Source: Octopus vulgaris
Lineage: Eukaryota
Length of the DNA stretch: 64,000 bases
Direction of reading: 5' to 3'
NCBI GenBank assembly: GCA_951406725.2
Contig: OX597821.1
Span: 24,428,001-24,492,000 of the forward strand
Shown here: piece after piece, positions 28,132 through 42,384 of the stretch
How positions within the stretch are numbered: position 1 is the first letter of the stretch
Layout of the letters: every line of letters begins with the position of its first letter
Made by a program: the position numbers and the translations under genes
Notes under the pieces: generated by a model
The model's input: the letters and a program-made list of their open reading frames with translations, nothing else
Database searches by the model: none
Told to the model about the DNA's origin: nothing

Positions 28132-28437
28132 ATATTTCGTTTTTGTATCTGACTTGCAAGATTCTTTATGTGAATTCGTGTGTTGAAACAAATTTTATTG
28201 TGTCTAGAGATAATCACTATGCCAATTTAATTAACACTGTTTCAATTCCACTCATTTATTACTAGTAGTTAGTTGGTTAAATAACCGATTGTTTTGCTTT
28301 TGTTTGTTAAAGTTATTTCGTTGCTACTTGCAACCTTTTCAATAACAAACAAAAACAAAGCAATCGGATATTTGACCAATTCACAAACCATAAATGTGTG
28401 TGTTATTTATACTGGCATAATGAGTCTCCCTAGACGT
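28132..28437. mobile_element. MITE-like insertion with 9-bp TSD in gene A intron
   Basis: ATCAAGAAT at 28123-31 and 28438-46. Empty site in paralog B near 6660. Internal inverted repeats; related copy near 53990-54130. Confidence 0.6.
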
Positions 28438-29228
28438 ATCAAGAATTTATGCTACATGATATTTGATATACCAGTGTTTCTCTCTCTCTCTTTCCATCTT
28501 CTCCCTATTTCTCCCTTTCACTCTCTCTTTCTGTCCTATCTCTTTACATGTCCAATCTTTCTGTCCTCTCTCTTCCTCTCTCTACCCCCTCTCTCTTTAT
28601 ATGTGTGTGCCTGTGTGTGCGCGTGCATATATCTATTCTTTTAGTCTTTTACTTGTTTCAGTCATTTGGCTGCAACCATGCTGGAACACCGCCTTAAAGG
28701 GCTTTAGTCGAAGAAATCGACCCCAGGACTTATCCTTTGTAAGCTTAGTACTTATTCTATCGGTCACTTTTGCCAAAACACTAAGTTATGGGAGACGTAA
28801 ACACATCAACATCGGTTGTCAAGCGATGATGAGGGGACAAACACAGAAACAGAGACACAGACACATAAATATATACATACATACATACAAGGCTTTGGTC
28901 AGCCCGAGGCCATATAAGAAGACACTTGCCCTAGGCGCCATGCAGTGGGACTGAATCTGGAGCCATGTGGCGGTTGAGAAGCAAGCTCCTTACCACACAG
29001 GAGTAGAATGAAACAGGAGAGTTTGCTTAAGTGTTTTTATTACAACAACGTAAATTACTTAATCTTGTTTTTCCTTAATAAACACGACAAAGTTGTACGA
29101 TAATCGTTACGTAAACGAAGACATAATAGAGTTAAATGCATGACAGAGTTGAAACCTACAGAGGAATATATTATATCATATAATATATTATTACATACCA
29201 AAATTTCTGCCCTATCTCTTTACTTGTG

Positions 29229-29540
29229 AAGGCGCGTGGCTTAGTGGTTAGGGCTTTCGGCTCACGGTTGTAAGGTCGTGAGTTCGATTCCCGGCGACGC
29301 GTTGTGTCCTTGAGCAAGACACTTTATTTCATGCTGCTCCAGTCCACTCAGCTGGCAAAAATGAATAGTACCTGCATTTCGAAGGGCCAGCCTTGTCACA
29401 CTCTGTGTCATGCTGAATCTCCCTGAGAACCACGTTAGGAGTACGCGTGTCTGTGTGGATTGCTCAGTCACTTGCACGTTAATTTCACGAGCAAGCTGTT
29501 CCGTTGAGCTGGGACCCTCGACGTCGTAACCGACGGATTG
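29229..29540 (+). mobile_element. tRNA-derived SINE
   Basis: A box TGGCTTAGTGG, B box GAGTTCGATTCC, body gtgtccttgagcaagacacttta. Relatives at 40766-41150 (-, TSD AGTTAACATTT) and 58582-58850. Confidence 0.85.
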
Positions 29541-29965
29541 CTCATACATACCAAACTTGGTTGGTTGATAGAGCGAGGAAACAAATGTGCGTAAACTTAA
29601 GAGAAAATTCTTTCTATACCATTTAAGGGGTAGGGTAGTATTTTTATGTTATCAGTCAAATTAAGAGAAAACATGTCAAAAAGTAATAATGAAGCGCCAT
29701 GTCTAAGAGCAAAAGTGGTTCAATTAAGGTTATAATTACAAAAACTTTCTACGGATAAATGGTTTAGAACGGAGTCATGGTGTGGACCGTATAATAGTTG
29801 GGAAAAGCGGTCGGATATATATGCTGTAAAATTAGCCAAATTGTACAAATTTTATGATCGCGATAATATTTTCTATATCTTTGTACACACACACACACAC
29901 ACGTATGTATATATACGTGTGTGTGTTTGTGTGTGCGCGTGTGTTCGTAAATATTATATATACAC

Positions 29966-30006
<41 letters not shown>

Positions 30007-30017
30007 ATATATATGCA

Positions 30018-30060
<43 letters not shown>

Positions 30061-30328
30061 ACGACCAAACTCAAACCGCTTTGGGTAAATGTTTTTATTT
30101 CTCTTTCAATTTCAGAATTACAACTATTTAGCGGTTTGCGTTTCACTGCTCTTTCTAGTGAGTCGAATGGCCTATTAGGGCCATTCCTTATATTGTTGAA
30201 TGTATATTATATAGTCTTTGACTATCTTTTCTCTCTCACTAGACCGCTGGTAGCGGAGAATTTTTTCTAGAATTTTTCTATAATTTTTTTGCTACCCTTA
30301 TATTTATTAATATATATATATATATATA

Positions 30329-30456
30329 TTTATTATATAGAAGGAGCTTCTACAGGACTAGAACTGTTTCATTCAAGAGAAATCTTCAGGTGCTTCCTGA
30401 AGATTTCTCTTGAATGAAACAGTTCTAGTCCTGTAAAGCTCCTTCTATATAATAAA
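30329..30456. repeat. Near-perfect palindrome (about 60-bp arms, 5-nt loop) with hammerhead-like cores in both arms
   Basis: ...gaactgtttcattcaagagaaatcttcagg-tgctt-cctgaagatttctcttgaatgaaacagttc... Confidence 0.85.
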
Positions 30457-30523
30457 TTAATTTTACTCTGCTATGTATTGAGTACCTTATTTACTGTGGT
30501 TAACCCCGAATCAACCCGGGACC

Positions 30524-30568
<45 letters not shown>

Positions 30569-30595
30569 TCATATATATTCATATATGTATTCAGG

Positions 30596-30652
<57 letters not shown>

Positions 30653-31129
30653 ACATATGCATATGTATACGTATATACGCCTGTATATACCTATATGTAT
30701 TAGTTGAACGTTCGGGTCGATATAACCGACTTACTCCTCCTCGAGAAAAGTTGACTGTTTGCCAAAATTTGAAGCCATCATATGATCCTGGTTGTTCAGA
30801 TGGGAAGCTTTTGATCTTGTGTCAATAAGTAATCCATTAGTTTTCAGTTTTCAGTCGATACTTTGTTTTATAAATAACTCCATTTCTGCTTTATTTAGTC
30901 TTGTATGATATTGCTTATGCAGGATTTTATCTTGCAATCGTCTTAACATCCTGTTAACCGATTTTCGACGCCGTTTTCAAATGTTGATAATTTCTGTTGT
31001 TTCTCCACCTTCGTAACTATTCTATGTTATCTTAATTTCTAAATTATATTTCTTGGCTTCCCAGAACAAAGACAACAGTTTTTCGTTGTGATAATGCAGC
31101 TATTTGTAAGTTTCACTTTCTTCTATATA

Positions 31130-31373
31130 TTGGATTGGTGCATAATTATTGCGGCTTTTTATTCAACAAAAATAATAACAATATTTAACAAAAACATCTT
31201 TAAATGACGGTCTGACCGTCTGCCAAGCAAATGGGAAGCAGTAATTGAAGTAGATGGTGAATATGCTCCGGAATAATCATCTAACGATGTTTTTGTAACA
31301 TGTTGTTATTATTGTTTTTGTTGAATAAAATTTGTTAAAAAAAAAAAGCCTCAATAATTATGCACCAACCCAA
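31130..31373. mobile_element. mariner-derived MITE
   Basis: TIRs TTGGATTGGTGCATAATTATTG / CAATAATTATGCACCAACCCAA flanked by TA. Empty site in paralog B near 5180. Confidence 0.85.
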
Positions 31374-31399
31374 TATGCTTTGAACTTCTACGGTATACT

Positions 31400-31584
31400 C
31401 TTTACTCTCTCTTTTACTCTTTTACTTGTTTCAGTCAGTTTGACTGCGGCCATGCTGGAGCACCGCCTTTAGTCGAGCAAATCGACCCCAGTACTTATTC
31501 TATCGGTCTCTTTTGCCGAACCGCTAAGTTACGGGGACGTAAACACACCAGCATCGGTTGTCAAGCAATTCTAGGGGGACAAAC

Positions 31585-31621
<37 letters not shown>

Positions 31622-31808
31622 CACATATATACATATATATACATATGTACGACAGGCTTCTTTCAGTTTCCGTCTACCAAATCCACTCACAAGGCATTGG
31701 TCGCCCCGGGGCTATAGCAGAAGACACTTGCCCAAGATGCCATGCAGTGGGTCTGAACCCGGAACCATGTGGTTGGTTAGCAAGCTACTTACCACACAGC
31801 CACTCCTA
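31400..31808 (-). mobile_element. Octopus-type tRNA-derived SINE with internal (TG)n microsatellite
   Basis: Head aggagtggctgtgtggtaag...ggttcag..cc on the - strand. Many family members at about 7750-8095, 13310-13500, 14190-14400, 15470-15875, 28645-29000, 32370-32560 and 41860-42211. Confidence 0.85.
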
Positions 31809-33091
31809 TATTTTATTATCGTTTTCCAGTTACAGAAGATCCTGTATTAGTGATGTAATCGTTCTGTGTTGGGTTTTGAGTGGTGTATTCTCAATACAAT
31901 TGTTATTTTACTCGTTTTTCTGATTGTTCTTTCAAATTCGATTTGCATACATTTGAGAATATTACACTATCATAACCACAGCTAATTACTACAACAATTA
32001 GAGTATTATTTAGCTCTGTTTTAAATATTAATATTAATTAGTGTCTTTAATATTTTTCCTAATCTTTTCTTTCATTTGTGCGAGTTGTACTGTATAGTTC
32101 ATCAATTCTATGGTATTTCCTAGTCTGCTTTAACTCTCTCATCTCTTTATATCTCTTTATATATCATGGTATCAGCGATTTTTATTTATTTAAGTTTTTC
32201 CCCATCTTAACGTTTGCCAGGACTTGCGAGATTCTGATTTTAACGTCAAGCACCTGTCCGCATATTGGAATGTTTCATTTAATTTGTTTTTATAATATTT
32301 TTTATCATACCTGTCGTATATATGTATATATATGTATGTATGTGTATGTATATGTTTGTGTGTCTGTGTTTGTCCCTCTAGCATTGCTTGACAACCGATA
32401 CTGGTGTGTTTACGTCCCCGTCACTTAGCGGTTCGGCAAAAGAGACCGATAGAATAAGTACTGGGCTTACAAAGAATAAGTCCCGGGGTCGATTTGCTCG
32501 ACTAAAGGCGGTGCTCCAGCATGGCCGCAGTCAAATGACTGAAACAAGTAAAAGAGTATACCTGATCTCATATCTGTTTTTATGGACTTCTCCTCATCTC
32601 AATTACTCTTTTTTAATTTGTCTTTTGTAATGTCCTATCAGCTATTGAACTTGTTACTGAGGCGGCGAGTTCGCAGAATTGTTAGCACGCTGCGCTCAAT
32701 GCTTAGAAACATTTCGTCGGTCTTTGTGTTTCGAGTCCGCTTTGCCTTTCACACCTTTCGGGGTTGATAAACTAAGTACCAGTTGAATACTGGGGTTGAT
32801 ATAATCGACTTAATCCCTCACCCGAAATTCCAGGCCTTGTGCCAAAATTTTAAATCATATTTATAATTATAATGTTCTTTATTTTTATATTTTATCACAC
32901 AGTGTGTATGTATGTATATATATTAGTAGTTATCGCCAAGCTAATATGGCAGCCCAGAAATATAGGACAAATGCTGCTGTTGAATAGCTCCAAGAGGCCA
33001 TCGCCTCTAGCTAGCTATGTGACACACGAACCTGTGTCCATTACACCCTTCGAACAGGGGAGGTCAGCCGCTTCCCCTTGCTGGTCAGGCA

Positions 33092-33133
33092 TCTGCAGAC
33101 TAGTTTCAGGGTATTTGCCCCTTATCAATGCAG
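33092..33133 (-). ncRNA. Minimal hammerhead ribozyme motif (degenerate core)
   Basis: TCTGCA-TTGATAA-GGGcaaataCCC-t-GAAA-CTAG-TC-TGCAGA, with palindromic stem III ACTAGT. Lies in a repeat partly shared with 11850-11955. Confidence 0.5.
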
Positions 33134-33150
33134 AACAACCGAACCTAGCA

Positions 33151-33271
<121 letters not shown>

Positions 33272-34429
33272 TATATACATGTATATGTGTGTGTGTGTGT
33301 AAACTGTAGCAGACTGGGTCTAAAAATACTGGTTGCCAGGAGACAAAGGATCCCACCCGCAACTACAATGCTATCATTTAATTTTTGAAAAAAATATTCT
33401 CTCACTAATTACACTGTACATGTACTGTGCATATTACTGACAGCGTACGGTGATACCAAATGTAAATACAGAATGTTATAAGGGGGTTATTAAATAAATA
33501 TTTACGCGAAAGTATAGTATACTGTTATTTTTGAAGTATAGTGTTGTTTTGAAAAGTTTTAACCAAGTTGAAAATAAAGTCCAGTAAATTTATAAATCAA
33601 TTTCAGTATTTTTAATGAAGAGTCTTAATAGCAAGGGGTCAATCCAGGTTCATTGCGTGTCATGCATTGGGAACGAATTTGAACTAGAGACAATAACTTC
33701 TTTTTATCTTTATGTATCTTTATATACATTCATACTTAAACTCTCACACACTCTCTGTCCCTTACTCTCTTTTCTTTTCTCACTCTCTCTTTCTCTCTTT
33801 TCTTCTCTCTCTCTCTCTTATTCTTCTCTCTCTCTCTTATTCTTCTCTCTCTCTCGCACACACACATACAGACACACACAAAGATACATACATGCAACCT
33901 ACATAAATACATCAATTACAATTTTATTCAGGAGTGTTTTCCTTTTCTCTGCCTTTCTATTAATTCTCTGGGGAATTGTTTGACCTTCTGCTTTGTTTAA
34001 CTGTTTTTGTTTTGTTTTGTTTGCTTTTCGTTTTCAATTTTTATTCTTTCTCAAGGCTTCAAATATTTTCTTTGAAAGCAAAATTTTTCCGTCTCTTAAG
34101 TGTAAATTCATTCTAATGCCCCGATGATAACTGGTTCTGTTCTATTCTTATTTTGCTTCTCGATATCACCACATTTTGTAGACTTCTACTTTTATTTGAG
34201 CTTGTATCGAGATCTTTTTACTGCTTTACAATGTCTTAGTCTGAAGAAATTGTGACTTCTGTTATGTGATATTCTCTTTTTTATATCACGTGTTCAATTG
34301 CTGCTTGTTGGGCTATCAAAATTCCATATAATGTTTAGTTTGCCAGGTTCAATTTCAGCCTTTTCTGTTCTGCATCTGTGACATTTGTTTCAAGTATAGT
34401 ATCTATATGTTTTACAGAGTAACCAAACC

Positions 34430-35200
34430 GTTTCATGATGAGGTGATGAGGTGGGTTAAAAAGTAGTGTTAAAGGAAGAAGCCGTGGCAAATTATAAGGC
34501 GCAGCGAATATAATTTCAGAAAGTTTTACCAGCAAATAACACGAAGATCGACATTTATATTACGAATTTAAGGAAGCTTGGACAGTTTGAAATACTTGGA
34601 CAAAGTTTGAAATGCTTGGACTTATCTTGAGTTTATATACCAGAAAAGTATGGTTGTACTGTTGACATACCTGTTCCAAAGACAGGTTCGTGAGCTGCGG
34701 AACACGACACACTGTATCATGTGCCAGAGCTCTGTGAGACAGAAGTAACATGCTCATGTAGGAGTTTCACAACATGTCCGCTGAACGGCTACTGTAATAC
34801 GGAAATCGTCGTATACGAAGTAAAGGTAACAGTAATCGGATTAAATAGGCAACTAAACGTGCGAAAGTACGTAGGAACAACTGAAGGCCTCTTCAGGATC
34901 CGCTATCACAACCACAAGTCATGCTTCAACATCTTGGAGAGATCTAACGCCATAACCCTGGTCAAGCACGTATGGTCATTGAAAGAAAGCGCTGACAAGT
35001 ACAGCATAAAGTGGAGGATTTTAGAGAAATGCAAAGCATACTTTAATAGCAACGGGAAGTGCAGGTAATGCCTGGCTGAGAAAAGAGCGATATTAAGGAG
35101 CTCTCAGCATCCAGGAATCTACCTGAACAGCAGAAGTGAAATTTTTAATCCCTGCCCATACGAAAGGAAGTACATCCTGTCATACCTGCGTGCCCCATTG
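34430..35200 (+). mobile_element. Penelope-like element, GIY-YIG endonuclease fragment
   Basis: CSCRSFTTCPLNGYC..IVVYEV..YVGTTEGLFRIRYHNHKSCF..HVWSLK..KWRILEKC..CRxCLAEK. Confidence 0.85.
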
Positions 35201-36506
35201 TAGCTATAAACACCAATCCCCCAGCTTCATCTCTTCTCCCATCAATACCTGGGAATCCGGAAGAGTGTTTGACCAGAACATACACAAACGCACTCACAAA
35301 CACACATGCTCTAACACGGCGGACATTCACTCAATAGACCCTTTTTCACCTCCTCCAATATAAGCCCCTACACTTATTGTATCCCTACACACAGTTCCAT
35401 GCATACATAAATGCCCCAAAGAATTTAACCAAAGTTTTAACCAAAACATAAAAGAAAAAAAACACACACTAACGAGCACAGATGTATATGCGGCCATTTC
35501 TACAAAAACTCTAACCCTAAAACATACACACCTTTCCCATACACTCTTTTCCAGAAAACTGTTGTCGCCTTGCAACAACTCCAGAGATGGTGTTTTGGTA
35601 TCAAGGGACATCACTCTTAACCTAACTCTTGCTCGGTTCGTTTCCTCTTTTTCACATCAACCACATACCGGATATGTCTGTTCACCTCTAATAACAGAGA
35701 TCAGTTGCCATATTTCATTCCATAACTGCCACCTCTGAAGCGGACGGGGTTTTATAATCAGATTGTTACCTAACACTCCATCGAAACCTCTAGTGCGAAA
35801 CCGATCGGTAAGATCGGTTGTAATGGATATATGATACTGTATACTTCGAATAATATACCCACTCAACTGACAAGCATACGAGCGCATTTTTTCTGATTTA
35901 TGGATTCTTAGACGGTATACGCAACCGTATATAGTTATATATCTGTCGATGAGTTCGTGCATATATAAAACTGAAAACTAATGGATTACTTATTGACACA
36001 AGATCAAAAGTGTCTGTGTGTATATAGTTGTGTGTGTGTGTGTGTGTGTAGGTTAAAGTAGTGAGGAAAGGTAAAAAATTAGGCAAGGCATGACAAGCAT
36101 ATTTAATTTAAGTTAATCTAATTTAGCTACATAATGAACGGTAAAAAATAGTAAAAAGTATGTATGTGTATGTGTGTATATATATATATGTATGTTTACA
36201 TACATACACACACACACACATACACACACTTCTTTAATGTTAGCTATCGGGAATAAAAGAGATTACTCAATACTGTGGTAGAAATTAATGATATTTAATT
36301 TTGGTCAAGTCAGCCTGTTGCTATTCTGAGTTTCAACTTCACGTAAGTTGTGATACTACTTGCCTTAAAAATCTTTGTGATTAAAGGTGAAACTCAGATT
36401 AGTAAGAGCCTGGTTTGGCACAAATAACACACACACACGTGGAAGATTAAGAACTATATACCATAGCAAGCTGCACAAACCTATTTCTGCGCATGCATGT
36501 GTTTGT

Positions 36507-36578
<72 letters not shown>

Positions 36579-36858
36579 GCGTGAGTGTGCATGTAGGCGA
36601 GTCGAAAATTGAAAATAATAAAACAATAAAAGTCAAAAGGACCTACACATCGAATGTGTTAGGTTGACGCTCAGTATAAGACCGAAGGGTGTATAAAGTT
36701 TCGAGCATTGCTCTTCGTCAGAAAGAGGAGAGAAGACATGCCCAGGGAGAAAGAAAAAGTCCAAGAAAAGCACGTGTGTGGTTACATGGCTGAAGTGACC
36801 GTAAGTGGAGAGAGATAGAGATAGTGCTTTCTTGAGGCAGGAGAATGCGAAACTACCA

Positions 36859-36889
<31 letters not shown>

Positions 36890-37539
36890 AGTGTGAGTGT
36901 GTGTGTGTGTTAGTAGTGTGTTTATGTTAGTGATGCATGCGTATTTTGTTTATTTTCTGTCTTTTTTCTCTTTTGTTATTTGAACCTTCAACCTTTTTAT
37001 AAGAGCAAATTTGTAACTGTAATTCATATTTCAAGAAATGTTTGATGATGTGGTTATTAAACACGATAATATAATTCTTGTTATATGATTATAATTGAAA
37101 TTGTAGTATTACATAAAAAAAAAATTATTGAAATAGTTGTAGAAATGAATATTTTGAAATATCCCTGATATTGTTTCCTGTCCTTCTTTCATCCATATGC
37201 TTGTATATTTACTTGTGTACACAGAAGAAAAAAAAGGAACGACAGAGAGAGAAAAAAAGAGAGATGCCAGTGTATATTCGTATTTAACGTTTACATGTAT
37301 GCGGATAATACACATCCTGGCTTTCTTTGTGTCTATCCCCACTTGTTGGCGTGTGTGACAGAGAGTGATTCCTTTTATGGTGTATTAACGAGCACTTTTA
37401 CTCACTCATAACTCTGTATATTTATTCTTTCATTTCTGTTTCCTTATTTACTTCTTGAAATCTTCACTGACTTAAGTGTCTGAAAGCATAATAACACATA
37501 GTACTTTATTCAACCTAACAACGTATGCTATCTTTTCCT

Positions 37540-38350
37540 ATCGCTCTTTAAATTTCCTACACTGACCACAAACTAAACTGATATTTACTAACATGATGTC
37601 AACATCTGCATCTATAACTCCAAACATCGGCACTCTCCACCAGTGAACATCTTTCAACTGCATTGAGAGGTGTTGAGTAAATTTTTGACTGACTGATATC
37701 TTAGATCTTTGACTTCGAATGCCTAAAATGTGACATGTGTATGCGTACATACAGATTGTTGCCCGAGCCTTCTATGATGTATCGCACCATATGAAGGTTA
37801 CTGTGAATGAATCTATTGGGAATCGCACACATTTTTGATTGACCGACCAATAAGTAACGACCATTTTGCTAACACCTTACCCAAGGTATTGAATACTGCA
37901 TTTAGAGGGATTATGGGTTGGAAATTATTTAGATTATCTCCTTTATTGGTGTTTGTTTTCCACCAGAGCTAACACAACAAGGCTCACAGAATTGATCTTT
38001 AACCGAACAAGATGAGCGTGTGGTACTCAGTTCCGGTAACCGCCCAATCCCGTTAGACCACAAGATCTGTGTCTAATAGTTGTCAAAAATGGAGATGAAT
38101 GTATGTGTTCCAGAGTTTCTGGTTCCAGTAATGGTTACCACATCTATATTTAGTGATCAGAACTCGCCGAGCAAGTTGTTTGACTTTCAAGCTGAACCCA
38201 AACCACGTACATTTACACATCCTTCTCTGCGTGAAAACAGGAGAGGTTACTCAACTTCGTCATCGAGAATGGCAGATCATTTGAATCCTTTCCCAGAAGG
38301 TGGATGTTTCTTAAAAAGTCCTTGTAATACTATTTTTCTCAAACTTGCAA
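37540..38350 (-). mobile_element. Decayed L1/Tx1-like LINE RT fragment
   Basis: GDNLNNFQPIIPLNAVFNTLGKVLAK and AIPNRFIHSNLHMVRYIIE resemble RT domain 0-2 motifs. Confidence 0.65.
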
Positions 38351-39004
38351 CACTTCCTGGGATATTGTCCCAGTATAATAATTGACATTTGACGTTTTCG
38401 TTAATTATGATATATTTTTCTAATTAACTATACCTTTCACATCACATGAAGAAGTATATAATGTTATTGTAACCATAGCTTAAAATGACATCTTTTGTCA
38501 TAGTTTCTCTTACACAGCACCAACAATGATTCATTTCACAAATGTTCGCGAGCACTTTGGGAATTTATGGACACAAAACATGTCCGTTGAATAATATCAA
38601 AACATACTAAACCTGTTCAGTGATATCTTAAATTACTTAAATTGAATGCAAATGATAATATATATAGGCAATCAATTAGCACTAATTTGAAGCAAAATGT
38701 TGAAACGAGCCCAGGAATCAGGCCAACAGTTTGTATATAGCTCTTGTCTGGTAATCATATTACAGATTTACTGCCAAGTGCCTTCGTCTCTAATTAAATA
38801 TGATTTGTTTCTGGTATTTTAAGTGTACTATTGCATTGTATAAAAGAAAGAGAGGTGGAGAGAGAGAGACAGACAGACAGACAGATGGAAAGACACTATT
38901 TATTTCATTTTTGACTGATACCTGACCTGATTGTAAATAAGTAACACAGCTACGTAGGCTGGATACATTACAGTTAAATGTCTTATCATTGGTTTGGTAC
39001 ATTG

Positions 39005-40270
39005 CAAGGTGACATCAAAAGGTTCTCGAACTAGTTACGTTTGATAAAAAAAATAACTTATTTACCTAAGTTTTAACATTATATCCTTCCAAATGGTCAC
39101 CGTGCGCAGCAGTACACCGGTCCCAGAGTTCCTGCCACTTTGGAATCCATCCTGAAAGTCATTTTCCGTAAGGGAGTCGAGCACCTTCTGCGATTCTCGA
39201 AAGCGGAGTTAAAGTGAGCTGCCTTTTTATCTTGGGGAAGTGATGCAAGTTCGCAAGTGCTAAATCTGGCGAATAGGACGGGTTCGGAAACGATGCCATC
39301 TTGCTTTTTGTGAGAAACTCACGAGCGAAGGGGAGCTCGGTGACAAGGTGCATTGCTGTTGTGAAGAAACCAATTCTTCGCGCTCCACAGATCCGGTTGC
39401 TTTCGCAATAGAACTATCGACGGACAGTCAGGTCCTGGAGAATAAATTCTCGATGAACAATACTGCGGATGTCAAAGAAAACAATGAACATGCTTTTGAT
39501 TGAACTTCGGCTCTATCATGCCTTTTTGGGTCGTGGAGATGAAGGGTGCTTCCATTGTGATGACTGCTACTTCATTTCAGGATCGTATGAGTAGACCCAA
39601 CTCTCGTCACTGCTGTTGATCCTCGACATGAAGGATGGGTCACCAGCGGCACGCTGGAAGAGATCTTGAAACACTTCGACGCGATGTTCTTTCTGCTCAG
39701 TTGTCGGCAGACGGGGGACAAACTCGGCAGAGACACGCTGCATGTTCAATTTAAACGTTAGGATTGCCTTCGAGGAACCATACGACAGACTAACAACATC
39801 AGCAATGTCGTTGATTGTCCTCCGACGATTTTCATGCACAAGCTGATTGATTTTCTCCACATTTCAGTGAGGAGATGCTCGCATCAGGTCTTCCAGATCG
39901 CTCATCGTCTTCCAGGGACGTTCTTCCATTTTTGAAGCGCCTGTTCCACTTGAAGCATTGCGTACGACCCATTGCCTCGACGCCGTAAGCATACCGAATA
40001 GTGCTCAATGTCTCTGTAATAGATTTCCCACGTTTAATGCAAAATTTCACATTGGTTCTTTGTTCCAACTTCCTGTCAATAACAAAATCGCTGACTACAG
40101 AATATACGTGATGACAAAAGCACAAATTTCACAACTTGCGAAAGAAACACAGCAATGTCAATTGGTACACTGTTTCATGACGGTCACTGTTAGCTCTCAC
40201 TGCGCAACCGTGTACTGCCATCTGTTGACGCGCTACAAAACTAGCCTGGGAACTTTTTGATATCACCTTG
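39005..40270 (-). mobile_element. Full-length decayed mariner in gene A intron
   Basis: TIRs CAAGGTGA(C/T)ATCAAAA, EQRTNVKFC, LEDDERSGRP, SSDESWVYSYDPE, PSYSPDLA. Partial relative at about 45100-45525. Confidence 0.92.
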
Positions 40271-40561
40271 TATTATACCTACATACATATCTTATTTCTT
40301 TACTACCCACAAGGGGCTGAGCACAGAGGAGACAAACAAGGATAGACAGACGGATTAAGTCGATTATATCGACCCCAGTGCGTAACTGGTACTTAATTTA
40401 TCGACCCCGAAAGGTATTATACCTACATGCAGCTAAGTGGATTAAACAGGTCATGCACATAATACAGTAAACTGTTAACAGCTTAGTGTATTAAGCTGTT
40501 TATATTTAAATATGCGTTCGATTATTTAAATAGAAGTAACACCATCCGTTCTTAATTACAG

Positions 40562-40729
40562 GCGGTCCTGAAGGAAACAAGAAGAAATTATTCCCAATAG
40601 ATATTATTTTAACTGTTACAGCAGTTACTGTGATTGTCTTAATTTTACTCGTAATGTGCCTGATGTGGAAGAGACGGTTTCGATTCTTTATGAAGTTTGC
40701 ACACTATTTTCAGCCTTACGTAGACAAAG
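40562..40729 (+). CDS. EGF-TM-TIR receptor (gene A), transmembrane exon
   Basis: Acceptor ttacAG (40560-61), donor AAG|GTAAGT (40730), 168 nt, phase 1-1. Translates xGPEGNKKKLFPIDIILTVTAVTVIVLILLVMCLMWKRRFRFFMKFAHYFQPYVDK: a 22-aa hydrophobic helix followed by KRR. Not in the ORF track. Confidence 0.9.
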
Positions 40730-42239
40730 GTAAGTTTCGTATGTAATAACTGAAAGTTAACATTTGGGAAGCACTCCGTCGGTTACGACGATGAGGGTTC
40801 CGGTTGATCCGAATCAACGGAACAGCCTACTCGTGAAATTAACGTGTAAGTGGCTGAGCACTCCACAGACACGTGTACCCTTAACGTAGTTCTCGGGGAT
40901 ATTCAGCGTGACACAGAGAGTGACAAGGCCGGCCCTTTGAAATACAGGTACAACAGAAACAGGAAGTAAGAGTGAGAGAAAGTTGTGGTGAAAGAGTACA
41001 GCAGGGATCACCACCGTCCCCTGCCGGAGCGTCGTGGAGCTTTAGGTGTTTTTGCTCAATAAACACTCACAACGCCCGGTCTGGGAATCGAAACCGCGAT
41101 CCTATGACCGCGAGTCCGCTGCCTTAACCACTGGGCCATTGCGCATCCACAGTTAACATTTAGATAATGGAGTGTTGCATTATAACTTCGATTGTGTGAC
41201 AGTGTGCTATGTATATTATCGGGAAACAACTGGATATTTAGAACAGTGTTTTGAAGCTGTTGCTGGTGTATGTCTGCAAGAAATCCATGAAACAAGGAGG
41301 TCCATGGTGCGTAGAGAGTGAGTCGAGTGAAAATCTATAAATTTATAGTTTGTTGTGAAGGGATTCGATTCCAGGAAGGACTGTCTTTAGTCATGATATC
41401 CTTAATTTAGGTTTTATGCACTAATGCATTTTAATCTAGTTAGACACTGTTTTGCTCTTTCTGACATATAAAGATGGATCATATCTGATACAGTGTTACA
41501 GTCAAGTCTATGCATGTTGTACTCACACTATTGCCTATTCTTATGCAGAAGCAGTCAAAGCGAATGCAGTCCGAATCTGCTTCTCAGCTTTACAAATTAT
41601 TAGTACTCTGTATGCCACCACTGTGCTGGGGGCTAATACCGCTGATTATGTTGCTGCTGCATTACTGCGATTGCTTCATTTTTTTTTATCAAGTAGGTTA
41701 GGTTTAGGGTTCTCAGTATACTGTTGTAGTAGATTTCTGGTGTATTGTATTTTGTAGAGGTGTGGATGCTTGCAGGGACAAGGAAGGCAAGATTGGGCTT
41801 TGCTGCAATATTTTTTCAGAATTCTGTTTTTGACAGTTTAAGGAATAGATCCTTCATCGGCCATGCAGGAGCACCGCTTTTAGTCGAGCAAATCGACTCC
41901 AGGACTTATTCTTTGTAAGCCTAGGACTTATTTGATCGATTGCTTTTGCTGAACCGCTAAGTTACGGGGACGTAAACACGTAAACACACCAAAATCGGCT
42001 GTCAAACGATGGGGGGGGGGACAAACACAGACACACACACACACACACACATAGGACAGGCTTCTTTCAGTTTTCGTCTACCACATCCATCCACGAGGCT
42101 TTGGTCGGCCCCAGGCTATAGTAGAGGACACTTACCCAAAGTGCTACGTAGTGGGACTGAACCCAGAACCATGTGGTTGGTAAGCAAGCTACTTACCACT
42201 CAGCCACTCCTGCGCCTATACATACATACATACATGCAT

Positions 42240-42286
<47 letters not shown>

Positions 42287-42305
42287 CACACGTACTACTA
42301 CTACC

Positions 42306-42369
<64 letters not shown>

Positions 42370-42384
42370 GTTTTCCATTTTCAG

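Noticed and set aside
29229-29300. tRNA-like sequences (also near 41080-41150, 46079 and 58582)
   Set aside because: SINE heads that run into SINE bodies, some with TSDs; not tRNA genes.
30116-30157. Possible 42-nt phase 1-1 microexon of gene A (tttcAG|ELQLFSGLRFTALS|GTGAGT)
   Set aside because: Frame-compatible, but it overlaps hairpin-rich repeat-like sequence and I found no counterpart in paralog B. Left out of the model pending RNA-seq.
31065-31105. AG...GTAAGT-bounded 41-nt candidate exon
   Set aside because: It breaks the phase-1 chain, and the homologous B sequence has an indel, stops and no donor.
42009-42384. Poly-Thr N-terminal extension of the TIR ORF
   Set aside because: SINE plus (CTA)n microsatellite in the intron upstream of the 42385 acceptor.
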